A DNA stretch of 64,000 bases from Deltaproteobacteria bacterium TL4 (lineage in GTDB: Bacteria; SAR324; NAC60-12). Where the stretch lies: contig JBBCAX010000096.1 in assembly GCA_051382335.1 (NCBI GenBank), positions 1-64,000 of the forward strand, in the 5' to 3' direction. The position numbers and the translations under genes are program-made. Every line of letters starts with the position of its first letter. Position 1 is the stretch's first letter. Below are positions 39,566-50,207 of this stretch, piece by piece. Below the pieces are notes generated by a model. That model had not been told where the DNA came from, made no database searches, and was given only the letters and a program-made list of their open reading frames with translations.

Positions 39566-40108
39566 ATGCTAAATGAAATAAGTTGTGAGATTGAAAGAGA
39601 GGTTTGTGTTTTTCACCTCCATGATGAGACTGTCGCGGTAGATACTGCTGTTTTCATTAGTAAACTTCGCGAACTTTTCGATGCTAATCCAGTACGTGGT
39701 TATATTTTTGATTTTGAGCGGGTTTCTTTTATGCCCAGCATGACCATTGGTTTTATCTTTTTGCTAATTCGCGAATTTGGCTCCCCTCAAACCCCTTTTT
39801 TGATGACAGGGGTGAGCAGCATGCTATCAAAAGTGATCAACATGGTTGGGATAGGCAAGCTCTGCGAAAATGTTCCCAGTATGGACCAAGCTCTTGACCG
39901 GCTAGGTGTAGACGAAGTTGATGAAGAACTTCAGCCACCTGTCGAATCAAGTGGAGTCCCTGATGAAGTCACCAGGGAGGTTCCAGCGAGTACGCCTCCC
40001 AAATCAAATGCGGTACGGCAAAACGCACACCCCCATTTCGTTGATGACGAGGCGGTTACCCTGGCTTCAATTGAAGAAGAACTGAAGAAGATTTTTCAAT
40101 CAAAATAA
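39566..40108 (+). CDS. STAS-domain (anti-sigma-factor antagonist-like) protein
   Basis: FDFERVSFMPSMTIG motif; acidic, probably disordered tail. Confidence 0.7.
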   Translation: MLNEISCEIEREVCVFHLHDETVAVDTAVFISKLRELFDANPVRGYIFDFERVSFMPSMTIGFIFLLIREFGSPQTPFLMTGVSSMLSKVINMVGIGKLCENVPSMDQALDRLGVDEVDEELQPPVESSGVPDEVTREVPASTPPKSNAVRQNAHPHFVDDEAVTLASIEEELKKIFQSK

Positions 40109-40124
40109 GGAAGTCCCCACTCAT

Positions 40125-41252
40125 TTATAGATCCCACCCCTCATCAAGATTTGCATCCGCCTTTAAGTTTTTATTCACTCCGGGAATGGTTTGGATGGGA
40201 ACGTTTTTGTCCAGACCCAACATTTGGAATGTCGCGAGGAAATTCTCACGTGCGTTTTCCAATTTTACGGTAGTCGTTGTTCTGAAAGTGCTGACCAGTT
40301 TGAGAACCAGCTCAATCACCTGACTGTTCAGTGTTTCCACTAAAGCCAAATCGACGTGGAACTCCTTAACTTCATTTTCACTGAAAAAGTCCTTCAATGT
40401 TTCAACAATACTGTACGAGCCTGCATCCAGCGCTGGTTTTTCAATATGAAGGCTGAAAATTGAGCCGTCCCAACTACAATTCAGTTCTCCATCATTCTCC
40501 TCTTCCTCTTCCTCTTCCTCTTCCTCATATTCAGGTTCTAAGACTTCTTCAAGCAACGTGGGGGATTGCTTCACCACAGGCTCCGGATGAGGTTTGGCAG
40601 ACACATACGTCTGAACCTGTGGCTCTTCAGATTGATTTTCCTCAAGAACTTCCTCAACATTTTGAGTTTGCAAAGAGGGGTCTGTTAATAAATCACTATT
40701 ATCGATTTTGACATTGGAAACCTTGCGCAAACGCTCTTCTTCTTGTTGGATCTGTACCTCCATTTCCGCAAGTTTTTGCTGTCGAAGTTTTTCCATTTCT
40801 TCCTGGAGTTTTCTCTCCATTTCCTCACGCTTCGTGTGTAATTCCTGAGCTACGCCTCGTTTTTCACGTGAATTTTCCAAGTCTTCCAGAATCTGATCCA
40901 ACGTCTGCCCCATCTTATCATCTTCCTGTTGACGGGTTGCTTGCTGCTTGGCTTCCATTTTTTTCAGTTCGTGGATGTGCTTTTCTTCCAACTGTGTTTT
41001 ACGTTTTTCATATTCAATTTTAAGCTGATGAAGTTCTTCTTTCTTTAACTCCAGCATTTGGTGGATTTTCTGGACCTCTTCACTTAATGCTTTTTTACGA
41101 GGCACAATGTCATCTCGCAGGGATTGCCATTCTCGCTGGTGACGTTTAATGATATCTGTCGCTTCTTCAATTTCTAATTTTTCTCCTTCATCTAACTCTT
41201 TTTCCGCCAAATCCAGATTGGATTTCATTTCATCCATTAAGCCCAATTTCAT
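40125..41252 (-). CDS. Coiled-coil protein with a C-terminal STAS-like domain
   Basis: E/K/Q-rich N-terminus, poly-E linker, VDLALVETLNSQVI...FQMLGLD. Confidence 0.6.
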   Translation of the reverse strand: MKLGLMDEMKSNLDLAEKELDEGEKLEIEEATDIIKRHQREWQSLRDDIVPRKKALSEEVQKIHQMLELKKEELHQLKIEYEKRKTQLEEKHIHELKKMEAKQQATRQQEDDKMGQTLDQILEDLENSREKRGVAQELHTKREEMERKLQEEMEKLRQQKLAEMEVQIQQEEERLRKVSNVKIDNSDLLTDPSLQTQNVEEVLEENQSEEPQVQTYVSAKPHPEPVVKQSPTLLEEVLEPEYEEEEEEEEEENDGELNCSWDGSIFSLHIEKPALDAGSYSIVETLKDFFSENEVKEFHVDLALVETLNSQVIELVLKLVSTFRTTTTVKLENARENFLATFQMLGLDKNVPIQTIPGVNKNLKADANLDEGWDL

Positions 41253-41543
41253 TGCATCCCTTTTGAATTTACAGGTTTTTATTATAATTGACGTTTTCTA
41301 AAATTTCGCTTTGTCAGTCTTTGTCTGTGATTGACCCCCTTCATGCATTCGGATCGCCTATTCATCGAATCAAGATCGTTTTCTATGCCGGGAAAAGTTC
41401 CGGAGTGGCCTTAAATGTGAAAATTCAGGTAACGCCTTTAGTCATTTTTCTTAACCACCTGTCATACAAATTACATAAGTAAGTGAAAAATCAAGAGCTT
41501 TATTTCTTAAGCTTGATGTCGGAGGAAAATTTTTATCGAAAGT

Positions 41544-41837
41544 TTAGGGTTTAACACGGGCTTGAGAAAAATCGGCATGGAGCAGGTGTGTCTGTGAAAA
41601 ATGGACTTTATAGAGCAGGGAATGTCTAAAATTCGCATGAGGACAAGCGGCTGCGACAAAGGAGGCCTCCGTCAAATCCGCATTGGAAAAGTTGGTTTGC
41701 TGACATAACGCACGATCAAATTTCGCTTGACGCAGTGAAGCGTTCTTGAACGAAACCCCCTGAATATTCGTTCCGCTGAAATCCATACGATCCAGTTTCA
41801 GAAATCTCGTTTTTTTTGGTATAAAAGCTGCATTCAC
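41544..41837 (-). CDS. Pentapeptide-repeat protein
   Basis: A(D/N)(L/F)xx-type repeats: MDFSG TNIQG VSFKN ASLRQ AKFDR ... ADLTE ASFVA ... ADFSQ. Confidence 0.7.
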   Translation of the reverse strand: MNAAFIPKKTRFLKLDRMDFSGTNIQGVSFKNASLRQAKFDRALCQQTNFSNADLTEASFVAAACPHANFRHSLLYKVHFSQTHLLHADFSQARVKP

Positions 41838-41899
41838 GGTTGGTAGTCACGCTACAACCATGGAGGTTGTCGGCTACAACTTAAGTCTCTAAGGAAGCT

Positions 41900-42076
41900 A
41901 TGAAAAATCAGGAAGAAACTGAGTGGAGTGAGCACGATCAGCGCCAATTAGAAAAAACATTAGCACGTTTATCCAAATGTCGCAGTTATGAGCTTAAGCG
42001 CGAGGCATACGACCTAGTAGGGTTGGAATCAATAGTCAACTCAATTGATATTGATGAAATCGCGAGGATGCAATAA
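41900..42076 (+). CDS. Small hypothetical protein (58 aa, below the ORF-track cutoff)
   Basis: AAGGAAG RBS; MKNQEETEWSEHDQRQLEKTLARLSKCRSYELKREAYDLVGLESIVNSIDIDEIARMQ. Confidence 0.45.
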   Translation: MKNQEETEWSEHDQRQLEKTLARLSKCRSYELKREAYDLVGLESIVNSIDIDEIARMQ

Positions 42077-42250
42077 GGAATGAGAATTAAAGGACATCCC
42101 CCTTTGAGGCGTTGCTCGAAAGATTTGGTTGAAACCGCGTATCGCTGCCTTCAGGCGAGATGCCGGCTCTGTCATGAAGTTCAGCTAAAGTGAAGGGCTG
42201 GAGCAAAGGGGTAGGTTATTTATGTGCCATTACTAAGTATAGAGGAACAC

Positions 42251-42562
42251 ATGGAAGTACAAACTATAGATTCAATTCAGGAAAAAATCATGGAAGCCAT
42301 TCAGGGATCCATGGAGTTAGGACCTTCAAGGAAACAAATATTAGCTCTGCGAGCCTCTCTTCTGGAAAGAGCGGATCGAGCACGTCAACTTAAACATCGT
42401 GGCCAATACGCCAAAGCCTATTTTGATTTAGTCAAATGCCGCGCAAGTCTGTTAGGACACCCGGAATCCTTCTCTACAAGAGAAAGTTCGACTTTATTAG
42501 AAAGAATTGATTCTCTCAGAAGAGCCTGTCAGGACGAAATGGAAAAAAATCTTGCTGAATGA
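42251..42562 (+). CDS. Hypothetical helical protein
   Basis: AGAGGA RBS before MEVQT; 103 aa. Confidence 0.55.
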   Translation: MEVQTIDSIQEKIMEAIQGSMELGPSRKQILALRASLLERADRARQLKHRGQYAKAYFDLVKCRASLLGHPESFSTRESSTLLERIDSLRRACQDEMEKNLAE

Positions 42563-42670
42563 TTTTGAGATTCCAAACCGTTTTCATGCCAGAACGTACA
42601 AGAATAGGCCGCTTATTTGTGAAATTTGTGTCTCTGATCCTACAGGGGCAGAGTGTACACGTAACGTGAA

Positions 42671-43183
42671 CTAATAAGTAGCCTCACCCTCCAAATATTC
42701 GTCAGTTTTCTTTGGTTCGATGGGAGGCACCTTCGAAGGTTGGTAGGTCATCCCCTCGATTTCAGAAACGGCCACCTTTTGGGGGACTTCATAGAGTTCA
42801 ATAAATCCAACCGGAAACAGTCCTAAAAAACACCCCACGTCATATTTATAGTAATATTCTTTTCCTGCTTGGACCGTTTGCTCCACCGAGGCTACCTGCA
42901 TCTCCCACGTACCTTTCAATTCAATATGATGCTTCCCCGGTTTCAACAGAAGCTGGATGTAGCCATTATTTTGCAATTGCATGATCTGGATTCCATTAAG
43001 ATACAAATAGGGATGTCTCAAGCGCCAACAAAACCCATAAGGTCGGTAGATGGTAAGGAGCACCTCCTCACCTTTGGGCTGGGGACTGTCTATTTTCACC
43101 GCGAGACTTGAGTCACAAGAACTGAGCACGGTGACACTGACAAAAAAAATCAGGCTTATTGTCACAAAGGATAGTAATTTCAT
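42671..43183 (-). CDS. DUF2846-like lipoprotein
   Basis: Lipobox LSSC; IYRP...YLNG...L.NNGY...LKPGKH...AGKEYY. Confidence 0.65.
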   Translation of the reverse strand: MKLLSFVTISLIFFVSVTVLSSCDSSLAVKIDSPQPKGEEVLLTIYRPYGFCWRLRHPYLYLNGIQIMQLQNNGYIQLLLKPGKHHIELKGTWEMQVASVEQTVQAGKEYYYKYDVGCFLGLFPVGFIELYEVPQKVAVSEIEGMTYQPSKVPPIEPKKTDEYLEGEATY

Positions 43184-43267
43184 TTGGTGTCCTTACTGAG
43201 GCGCGCAGTTGGGTGAACTGACGCCCCTGAAAATTTACAACAGAAATTTTTTAGTTAGCCTTTCACC

Positions 43268-44725
43268 TTATTTCTTCCAAAAAGAAGGATAAAAAAGCAC
43301 CATTACCGTAAAGATATCGAGGCGTCCAATGAGCATGCAGAACGACAAAACCCACTTTCCTAGATCCGAAATAAGGGCATAGTTTTCAATAGCCCCGACA
43401 GCTCCAAAGCCCGGACCAATATTCCATAAGGTTGCCATAACCGCGGTCAGCGCACTGAAAACATTCAGGTTGCTAACCAACGTCATGAGGCAACCGCCAA
43501 GAAGAACCACAATAATGTTCACAGCGAAAAAACCCAGAGCGTTATTTTGATAGGCGGCATCCAATTTTTCCCCATTGATCCGAATGGGAACAATTTTTAA
43601 TGGTTGAAGGAGACGCAGACCACTGGACAGAATGAACTTGCCGACAATAACCCATTGAATAATTCGAATGCCGCTGGTCGTGGATCCATTACAGGCACCA
43701 ATAAACATAGATAAGAGAATGAGCATTTGTGCTGATTGGGGCCAAAGTTCATAATTATCTGTAATAAATCCCGTGGTGGTCAAAATGGAAACAACTTGAA
43801 AGGCGCCAAAGCGGAAGGCCTCGGTAAATGAACTGTAATAGTTTTGGTTCCAAAGAATGAATGCGACCATGAAACAAATAAATAAGGTGATGCCCAAATA
43901 AAATCTAAATTCTGTATTTTTCCATAAAGAATTCCATTTCCTTGTCATCATGTAGTAATACAGCAAAAAATTGAGACCTCCCAAGAACATGAAAACGGTC
44001 ACCACGCCATCAAAGTAGGCGCTTTTATAATAGGCAAGGCTGGCATTTTTGGTGGAATAGCCCCCTGTGGCAAGTGTTCCAAACGCATGGCACAAAGCAT
44101 CAAAAAGAGACATTCCGCCTAGACCCAGAAGGATGACTTCCGCAGCGTTGAGGCCTATATAAATGATCCACAACCAATAAAGCGTATCTTTAATCCGGGG
44201 AGCGATTTTTTGACTTCCCACGCCTTGCCCCGGATCCCCTTCTGCCCGGTAAAGCTGCAGGTTCCCGGTTCCCAATAAAGGAATGAAGGACAAGGTAATG
44301 ATCACAATTCCCATGCCTCCTATAAAATGCGTCATGCTACGCCATAGCAATAAGCCATGAGGCATCAGCTCAATATTCTTCAAAATCGTGGCTCCTGTCG
44401 TGGTATATCCTGACATCACCTCAAAAAAAGCATCGGTAAAGGAAGGAATCGAACCATGTATCATGAAGGGCAATGCCGAAAATGAGGAAATAACCACCCA
44501 TCCTAAGGTAATGATAATATATCCATCTTTAACGCCTATGCTCTTTTCATCACTGAACCCTCGCCACAGGGGGAGTCCGATCAACGCAGCCACAGCAGAA
44601 GTGATGATTAAGGCCGCGGCATCCCCTTCATCATAAATAAGCGCGCAAATGATCGGAAAAAGAAGAACGACCGCAAAACAGATTAACAACATGCCCATGA
44701 TGTGAAGGATTGTATTATTTTTCAT
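43268..44725 (-). CDS. trkH: Trk potassium uptake membrane protein
   Basis: Pore loops SGYTTTGAT, ATGGYST, TTTGF, WNIGPG; motif GRLDIF. Confidence 0.95.
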   Translation of the reverse strand: MKNNTILHIMGMLLICFAVVLLFPIICALIYDEGDAAALIITSAVAALIGLPLWRGFSDEKSIGVKDGYIIITLGWVVISSFSALPFMIHGSIPSFTDAFFEVMSGYTTTGATILKNIELMPHGLLLWRSMTHFIGGMGIVIITLSFIPLLGTGNLQLYRAEGDPGQGVGSQKIAPRIKDTLYWLWIIYIGLNAAEVILLGLGGMSLFDALCHAFGTLATGGYSTKNASLAYYKSAYFDGVVTVFMFLGGLNFLLYYYMMTRKWNSLWKNTEFRFYLGITLFICFMVAFILWNQNYYSSFTEAFRFGAFQVVSILTTTGFITDNYELWPQSAQMLILLSMFIGACNGSTTSGIRIIQWVIVGKFILSSGLRLLQPLKIVPIRINGEKLDAAYQNNALGFFAVNIIVVLLGGCLMTLVSNLNVFSALTAVMATLWNIGPGFGAVGAIENYALISDLGKWVLSFCMLIGRLDIFTVMVLFYPSFWKK

Positions 44726-44946
44726 TTATACAACACGGAGATGATTATTAGAATCCAGCTAAGATTTAACCTGGAATGAGTTAAAACAAAATGGAAATGA
44801 GAGGAAAGTGGAACACTCAACTATGAAAGATATAATCATTCTCAGCTTCGAATTCAATATAAATATGCACAACGCTGCCACCGGAGGGGGGCAAATCCAT
44901 GAAGACAATGACTTGACGTTTTGCAAGTACGCACGATTGACTCTGT

Positions 44947-45181
44947 GGGCTACCCCTTTAACCCCCATGAGACAAGTCTCACAACGAAGCCTGAAAGTAA
45001 TTGGTAGGCCGGGATTACATGCCCGGCAAAGTGAGGGGCACGTAGTCCCCTTCTACCACTTTCTTACAAAAGCGGGACATTGGTAGGCGGGGATTACATG
45101 CCCCGCTTTTCTGAGCGTTGAGGTTGCCGGACACGTAGTTCCGGCCTACCATCAAGGTGTCCCGGGTTAAGTGGATAGCCC
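44947..45181. mobile_element. MITE-like element (GGGCTA-type TIRs) enclosing two tandem GTAG REP doublets (45004-45149)
   Basis: Ends GGGCTACCCCTTTAACCCC and TGTCCCGGGTTAAGTGGATAGCCC. Inner GTAGGCCGGGATTACATGCCCGGC ... GCCGGACACGTAGTTCCGGCCTAC. Confidence 0.65.
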
Positions 45182-45215
45182 GTGGGATATTTAGATTCTG
45201 AGGCCTACGGCATTA

Positions 45216-48200
45216 TTATTCGTGCAATTTTGAGGTCACTTCCTGCAACCGGTCTGAGAGCATACTTACTAAATTGAAGGTAAGTTGAGCAAAAAGTTTT
45301 TTCTTAAGATGGATCAAAATATCAAACAGGCGTTTGTTTAGAACGAGCAATTCCGCGTCCTCAAGGGCGATGATTTGGTGAGTTGGTTCAACCTCGTTAA
45401 AAAGTAGGGCTTCTTCTCCAAAAACTTCTCCGCTGAAAACGGTTCTCAAAGGAATGATTTCCCCCTTTTGTTCATGGGCCACACTGAGTTTTCCCTTAAG
45501 CACAATGATCATTCCATTATGGAATTCAGGAGCTTCGGTAATATTTTTATTTTTAGGAACATGAACCGTTTTAAACCGTCTTCTCAGCCATTTGAGATGA
45601 CTGGGGCTGATCTTATGAAACATATTAACCATTAAAGGTTCTTCTTCAATCACTTTCCCGGTTTGAATTAGACGGCTTAGACGGTCCAGTTGGGCTTGTT
45701 CGAATTCAGTCACAACATTATCCGCGTAAATTTCCCGCTCAAGCGCCTTACGGTCTCCGGCGGTGATAACTCCATCGGCGATGATTTCGTCCACCATGGC
45801 TTTCAATTCTTCTTCGGAAGGATTGACCTTGTTGAGAAACTCTTCAATGGATGAGCTTTGTTGAACATAATCAACCAGTTTTTTATCTATCTTATGAATG
45901 GACTCATACAGATTGGCCGCTAATTGGAGAAAAAGTTTGGTTGCCACTAAAGGGTAACGTTGTTGTACGTTTGATAAGACGGTATCTGTTAAGGCCAGAA
46001 GCTTTGTGTTTTTAGAGGCTCGGGTTGAGGCCGCACGTTTGGCTTGGCGGAATAAACCCATCTCCCCAAAGGCCGCGCCTTGAGGTAAAGAGACCAAAAG
46101 TGTCTCTTCCTCATGTTGTTCCGCATCCCAATAAACATCTATGCCGCCTTCGATAATGACATAAAGCTCTTTGCCTACTTCTCCTTCCCGAAACAAGATT
46201 TCGCCTTCTTTTAGATGGACAGGATAGCCCATTAAAGTTGCAAGTTTGGTCTCTCTTAGCGTCATTTCCTTAAAAAGTGAGATTTTACTCAACATCTCTG
46301 GCGTATAATTCAGTTCCGCGTAGTCCCATGCGGTAATGAGTTTTGTTTTGACCATGATGGACGGTAAAAAATTGAAATCAGCAATCCAACAAACAACCAT
46401 GGTGAAAGCCAGTAATGCCCCAAAAAGGATTTGAGATTCCATATCGGAAATCACAAAAACGATAAACCCCACGCTTAAGGCACTGGTCGTAAAGGCGGCG
46501 GGTCTGCCGACCTGTCGCACCGTAAGTTCTGATGCCGCACGTTCATTGCGAAGTGTTTTTACATTTTCATTATAATGAGCCAGGAAATGAATTGTATCAT
46601 CCACTCCAATTCCTAGCGCGATCGCGGCAATGACTGAGATGGTAATACCTATTGGAATCGAAAGCCAGCCCAGCACACCAAAAAACACAGCAATGCTGAC
46701 GACGTTTGGGTACAGCGCAATAAGGCCCATTTTAGGTGATAAAAAGAGAATGGACAGGATGACAAAGATGATGACCAAGGCCAAAATCACACTTTGGATC
46801 TGACTTTTTGCAATATTATCCGCAGACTCACTCGCCAAGACTCCAGTTCCCGTGAATTGAACTTTTAATTCAGGCAGATTTTTTTGGAAGTAAGCCTCCA
46901 ACCATTGACGCAACTCCAGGAATGACGTAGAACCACTCGATTTCATACGAATGGTGAATTGAAAATATTTATGATCCTTGCTTAGAAACGCCGGTCCGTT
47001 ATATTCCTGTAATTTTTCTAAAAAATAATTTACCTCTTTGTCACTAAGGTTATGCAGTCCAGGGTACCGGATTTTCATGTACTCAATCACACTGTAAACT
47101 TTGTCAATGCGTATTCCTTTAATTTGTTTGATCTCACTTTCGATATTCTTTTGCGTTAAGAGCTGAGTTAATTGATTTAAGGCCAACATGGTTTTTGCGG
47201 ATTGTAAAACGGATATGTCCCCAGGATGACTCATTACCACTCGGAGGCTATCGGTTCCCGCAAGTTGATTTTCAATCATTCGCAAGTCCTGCATGATGAG
47301 AGCTTCTTCTTTAAATGCGGTTGCTTCGCTGTTAACTCCCACTTGAAAAAGCCCAATGACCGAAATTATGCCGATGATGATCCAGGTAACGATAAAATGT
47401 TTAGGATGACTTCCCACTAACCTTGAAAGTTTGTTTAAGATTCGATCCAAGAGTGAAACTTTATTGAGCTTTTTACTGGAATCAGGCAGTTTGAGTACGG
47501 TTAACACACTGGGAACAAAAGCCAGCGAAAGGAAGATGATTGCCGCTACGCCCACACAGGCGTAAATCCCCATACTTTGAATGGCAGGAATCGGACTGAC
47601 GATTAACGCGGCAAAGCCCACAATGGTGGTTAAAGCGGTTACCGTGAGAGGAAGCATACAATGTTCGAGCATATCATCAATCACTTGCTGTAAATTTTTG
47701 TCAGGGTGGAGTTCTTGATAAAACTGGTGCATCAGAAAAATGATATAAGCGCTGCCGACACAAATCAGTAAAGGGGGCAGGACCATGGTCACCGGATTTA
47801 GTGTCTCCCCTGCCAATGAAAAAATTCCAGCGGTCCAAATACCCCCTATCACCACCACCAGCAAAGGAATCAAGACTCCGCGGACGGACTGAAAGGCAAG
47901 GACCAGCGTGAAGATCATTAACAGGACACTCAACGGCAGAATGACACGGACATCATTTCTTAACACGACTGAGGCCTCGTATTGCTGCCGAGCCTGCCCC
48001 GCAAAGGCAACTCGATAGCCCTGATCACTGATACTTTTAATAAGTTTGGAAAAGGGTTCTTGAAATTTTGCTGAAACAGCAGAAACATTGTTTTTGAACT
48101 GAATGATAAATCCCGCTGTCTTGAAATCTTCGGAGATCAAATCCCTGTGGATCAATGTCTGCTCTTGTAAACGGGTAAAAATTTCAGCCACTTTGAGTTC

Positions 48201-48905
48201 TGTTTCTTTCAGGAGTTGTTCTTGAGTTTTTTCATAAACATCAGGACTACAGAGAAATTCTTCCTTTTCTTCCCTCTTTTGAGAGGGAACTACCTTGACT
48301 TCAAATTGTTCGTTAAAATCAGGAGCTTCGTTGAAATTCAAGGAAGCTTCATCCTCTTTGTACGTCCCCGAATTGTTATCCTCAAAAAGGGCTGATTCCT
48401 CAGTTGAAGAAGGTTTAGAAGCCGAAGGGGGGGGATTTTCGAGGCATTGCAGATCATGTTCGTATTTTTCTAAAATGGATTCACAGTAGGAGCCAAAAGT
48501 CGTCTGGTGAAAAAAAGACTTGCCTGCGCAATTGCCCGTAAATTGTGGAGTGTTGGTTAAACTGACCACACCGGAAACTCCAGGAAAATGAGTCAGAAAT
48601 TCCTTGGTGAGGTGATCTATCAACAAAAAAAACGAAACATCAAATTTTTGTTCTGCCAAAGGTTGAAGGGCAACCACCACCACATCTTCGTTTCCAAACA
48701 TTTTACGAATGGTTCTAAAAAATTGATAGGCCCCAGAGCTTCTGTTGATGTAGTTATCCAGAGAGGTATTGATGATTAATTCATGATTGGCGTCCACCAA
48801 ATGCTGGCGGGATTGATTTGCAAAAAAAATGGTAACTAAAAGCATTATGGATATGACCCACCAAGGGTGATGCGTCATGCGTTGAAAAATTTTTATCCAA
48901 TTCAT
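45216..48905 (-). CDS. MMPL/RND-family transporter with two C-terminal cyclic-nucleotide-binding domains
   Basis: Two transmembrane bundles (TALTTIVGFAAL; GIGVDDTIHF). cNMP1 LFREGEVGKELYVIIEG...FGEMGL...RAAS; degenerate cNMP2 VLKGKL...VFGEEAL. Confidence 0.85.
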   Translation of the reverse strand: MNWIKIFQRMTHHPWWVISIMLLVTIFFANQSRQHLVDANHELIINTSLDNYINRSSGAYQFFRTIRKMFGNEDVVVVALQPLAEQKFDVSFFLLIDHLTKEFLTHFPGVSGVVSLTNTPQFTGNCAGKSFFHQTTFGSYCESILEKYEHDLQCLENPPPSASKPSSTEESALFEDNNSGTYKEDEASLNFNEAPDFNEQFEVKVVPSQKREEKEEFLCSPDVYEKTQEQLLKETELKVAEIFTRLQEQTLIHRDLISEDFKTAGFIIQFKNNVSAVSAKFQEPFSKLIKSISDQGYRVAFAGQARQQYEASVVLRNDVRVILPLSVLLMIFTLVLAFQSVRGVLIPLLVVVIGGIWTAGIFSLAGETLNPVTMVLPPLLICVGSAYIIFLMHQFYQELHPDKNLQQVIDDMLEHCMLPLTVTALTTIVGFAALIVSPIPAIQSMGIYACVGVAAIIFLSLAFVPSVLTVLKLPDSSKKLNKVSLLDRILNKLSRLVGSHPKHFIVTWIIIGIISVIGLFQVGVNSEATAFKEEALIMQDLRMIENQLAGTDSLRVVMSHPGDISVLQSAKTMLALNQLTQLLTQKNIESEIKQIKGIRIDKVYSVIEYMKIRYPGLHNLSDKEVNYFLEKLQEYNGPAFLSKDHKYFQFTIRMKSSGSTSFLELRQWLEAYFQKNLPELKVQFTGTGVLASESADNIAKSQIQSVILALVIIFVILSILFLSPKMGLIALYPNVVSIAVFFGVLGWLSIPIGITISVIAAIALGIGVDDTIHFLAHYNENVKTLRNERAASELTVRQVGRPAAFTTSALSVGFIVFVISDMESQILFGALLAFTMVVCWIADFNFLPSIMVKTKLITAWDYAELNYTPEMLSKISLFKEMTLRETKLATLMGYPVHLKEGEILFREGEVGKELYVIIEGGIDVYWDAEQHEEETLLVSLPQGAAFGEMGLFRQAKRAASTRASKNTKLLALTDTVLSNVQQRYPLVATKLFLQLAANLYESIHKIDKKLVDYVQQSSSIEEFLNKVNPSEEELKAMVDEIIADGVITAGDRKALEREIYADNVVTEFEQAQLDRLSRLIQTGKVIEEEPLMVNMFHKISPSHLKWLRRRFKTVHVPKNKNITEAPEFHNGMIIVLKGKLSVAHEQKGEIIPLRTVFSGEVFGEEALLFNEVEPTHQIIALEDAELLVLNKRLFDILIHLKKKLFAQLTFNLVSMLSDRLQEVTSKLHE

Positions 48906-49086
48906 AAAAGGCTCTGCATGAAAAAAATTCGAAATGACAAACGATCAAGGCCTTAAATTGCCGTCCACTCTCTATGAATCAAATTTTTATGCATAACGCC
49001 ATACAATTTTAACAAAGCAACGATTGCATTCGCTACAAAAAAACGGTACAGCTTAACTAAAACTCACAACAGTCACAGAAACGCTT

Positions 49087-50205
49087 ATGTCTCCTCATTT
49101 TGAAGTATTTAAAGCTAAAACGCTTGTCTCCCGATTAAGTTCTGAGATTGCCGAACTCTGCTCCGCCATTGGGGAAATCAAGGTGATGCATGTTTGTGGA
49201 ACGCATGAGCATGAAATTGTACGGTATGGAATTCGTCAACTTTTACCCCCCAATCTGCATATTGTTCCCGGACCGGGTTGCCCCGTCTGTGTCTGTCCTG
49301 TAGAAGACATCGATCAGGCGATAACGTTGGCTTATCAACCGCAAATCACCATTTTGACCTTTGGGGATATGATGCGTGTTCCCTCAACAAGGGAATCCCT
49401 TGCGGACGCAAAGCGCAATGGGGGACAAGTCAAATTGATTTATAGTCCTTTTGACGCGGTGGCACTGGCAAAAAAAAATCCAACTGAAAACTATGTATTT
49501 TTTTCGGTGGGCTTTGAAACAACGGCGGCAGGTGTGGCCGCGTTAATCCAAAGAGGCGTTCCGGAAAATCTGTATTTCCTCATCGCGAATCGTTACCTGC
49601 CCCCGGTTATGGAATTACTCATGGAGGTTCATGATGATTCCATCCAGGGGTTTATGCTGCCAGGACACGCCTCGACAATTACCGGACTCAGCGCGTATGA
49701 CTTCATGGTTACAGAGCATCAACTTCCCTGTGCCGTAACAGGCTTTGAACCGGCGGATATCCTGGCTGGCCTTTTAGCATTGGTTCGATTGATCCAAAAG
49801 AGAGAAGCCCGAATTGTCAATGCTTATCCCCGTGCCGTCAAAGATCAAGGAAATCTCAAGGCGTTGCAAATCATGAATGACGTTTTTGATCGTGTTCCAG
49901 GAATTTGGAGAGGCATTGATCGCATTGACGGAACAGCCTTTGTGCTGAAAGAAAAATACAATCACCTCAACGCGCAGAAACAGTTTAATACCAAACCGGT
50001 TTATCCTCCAAGAGCCCACCATCCTGCTTGTCAATGTCACCGTGTAATGCTTGGAGAAATACTTCCAACTCAATGTAAACTTTACAGAAACGTCTGCCAT
50101 CCGGGGGCTCCCTACGGTCCTTGTATGGTTTCAGTGGATGGTACCTGCAGATCCTGGTTTACTTTGGGAAGTCCTGAAGAAAATGAATTTGAACATTCAG
50201 AGTAG
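49087..50205 (+). CDS. hypD: Hydrogenase maturation protein HypD
   Basis: Motifs MHVCGTHE, GPGCPVCV, GFETT, PGH, TGFEP, C.C..V..G...P..C...C....P.GPCMVS.DGTC. Confidence 0.95.
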   Translation: MSPHFEVFKAKTLVSRLSSEIAELCSAIGEIKVMHVCGTHEHEIVRYGIRQLLPPNLHIVPGPGCPVCVCPVEDIDQAITLAYQPQITILTFGDMMRVPSTRESLADAKRNGGQVKLIYSPFDAVALAKKNPTENYVFFSVGFETTAAGVAALIQRGVPENLYFLIANRYLPPVMELLMEVHDDSIQGFMLPGHASTITGLSAYDFMVTEHQLPCAVTGFEPADILAGLLALVRLIQKREARIVNAYPRAVKDQGNLKALQIMNDVFDRVPGIWRGIDRIDGTAFVLKEKYNHLNAQKQFNTKPVYPPRAHHPACQCHRVMLGEILPTQCKLYRNVCHPGAPYGPCMVSVDGTCRSWFTLGSPEENEFEHSE

Positions 50206-50207
50206 TT

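Noticed and set aside
40495..40527. Simple TCTTCC repeat as a contingency locus
   Set aside because: It encodes an in-frame poly-Glu linker, so 6-bp unit changes would not switch expression.
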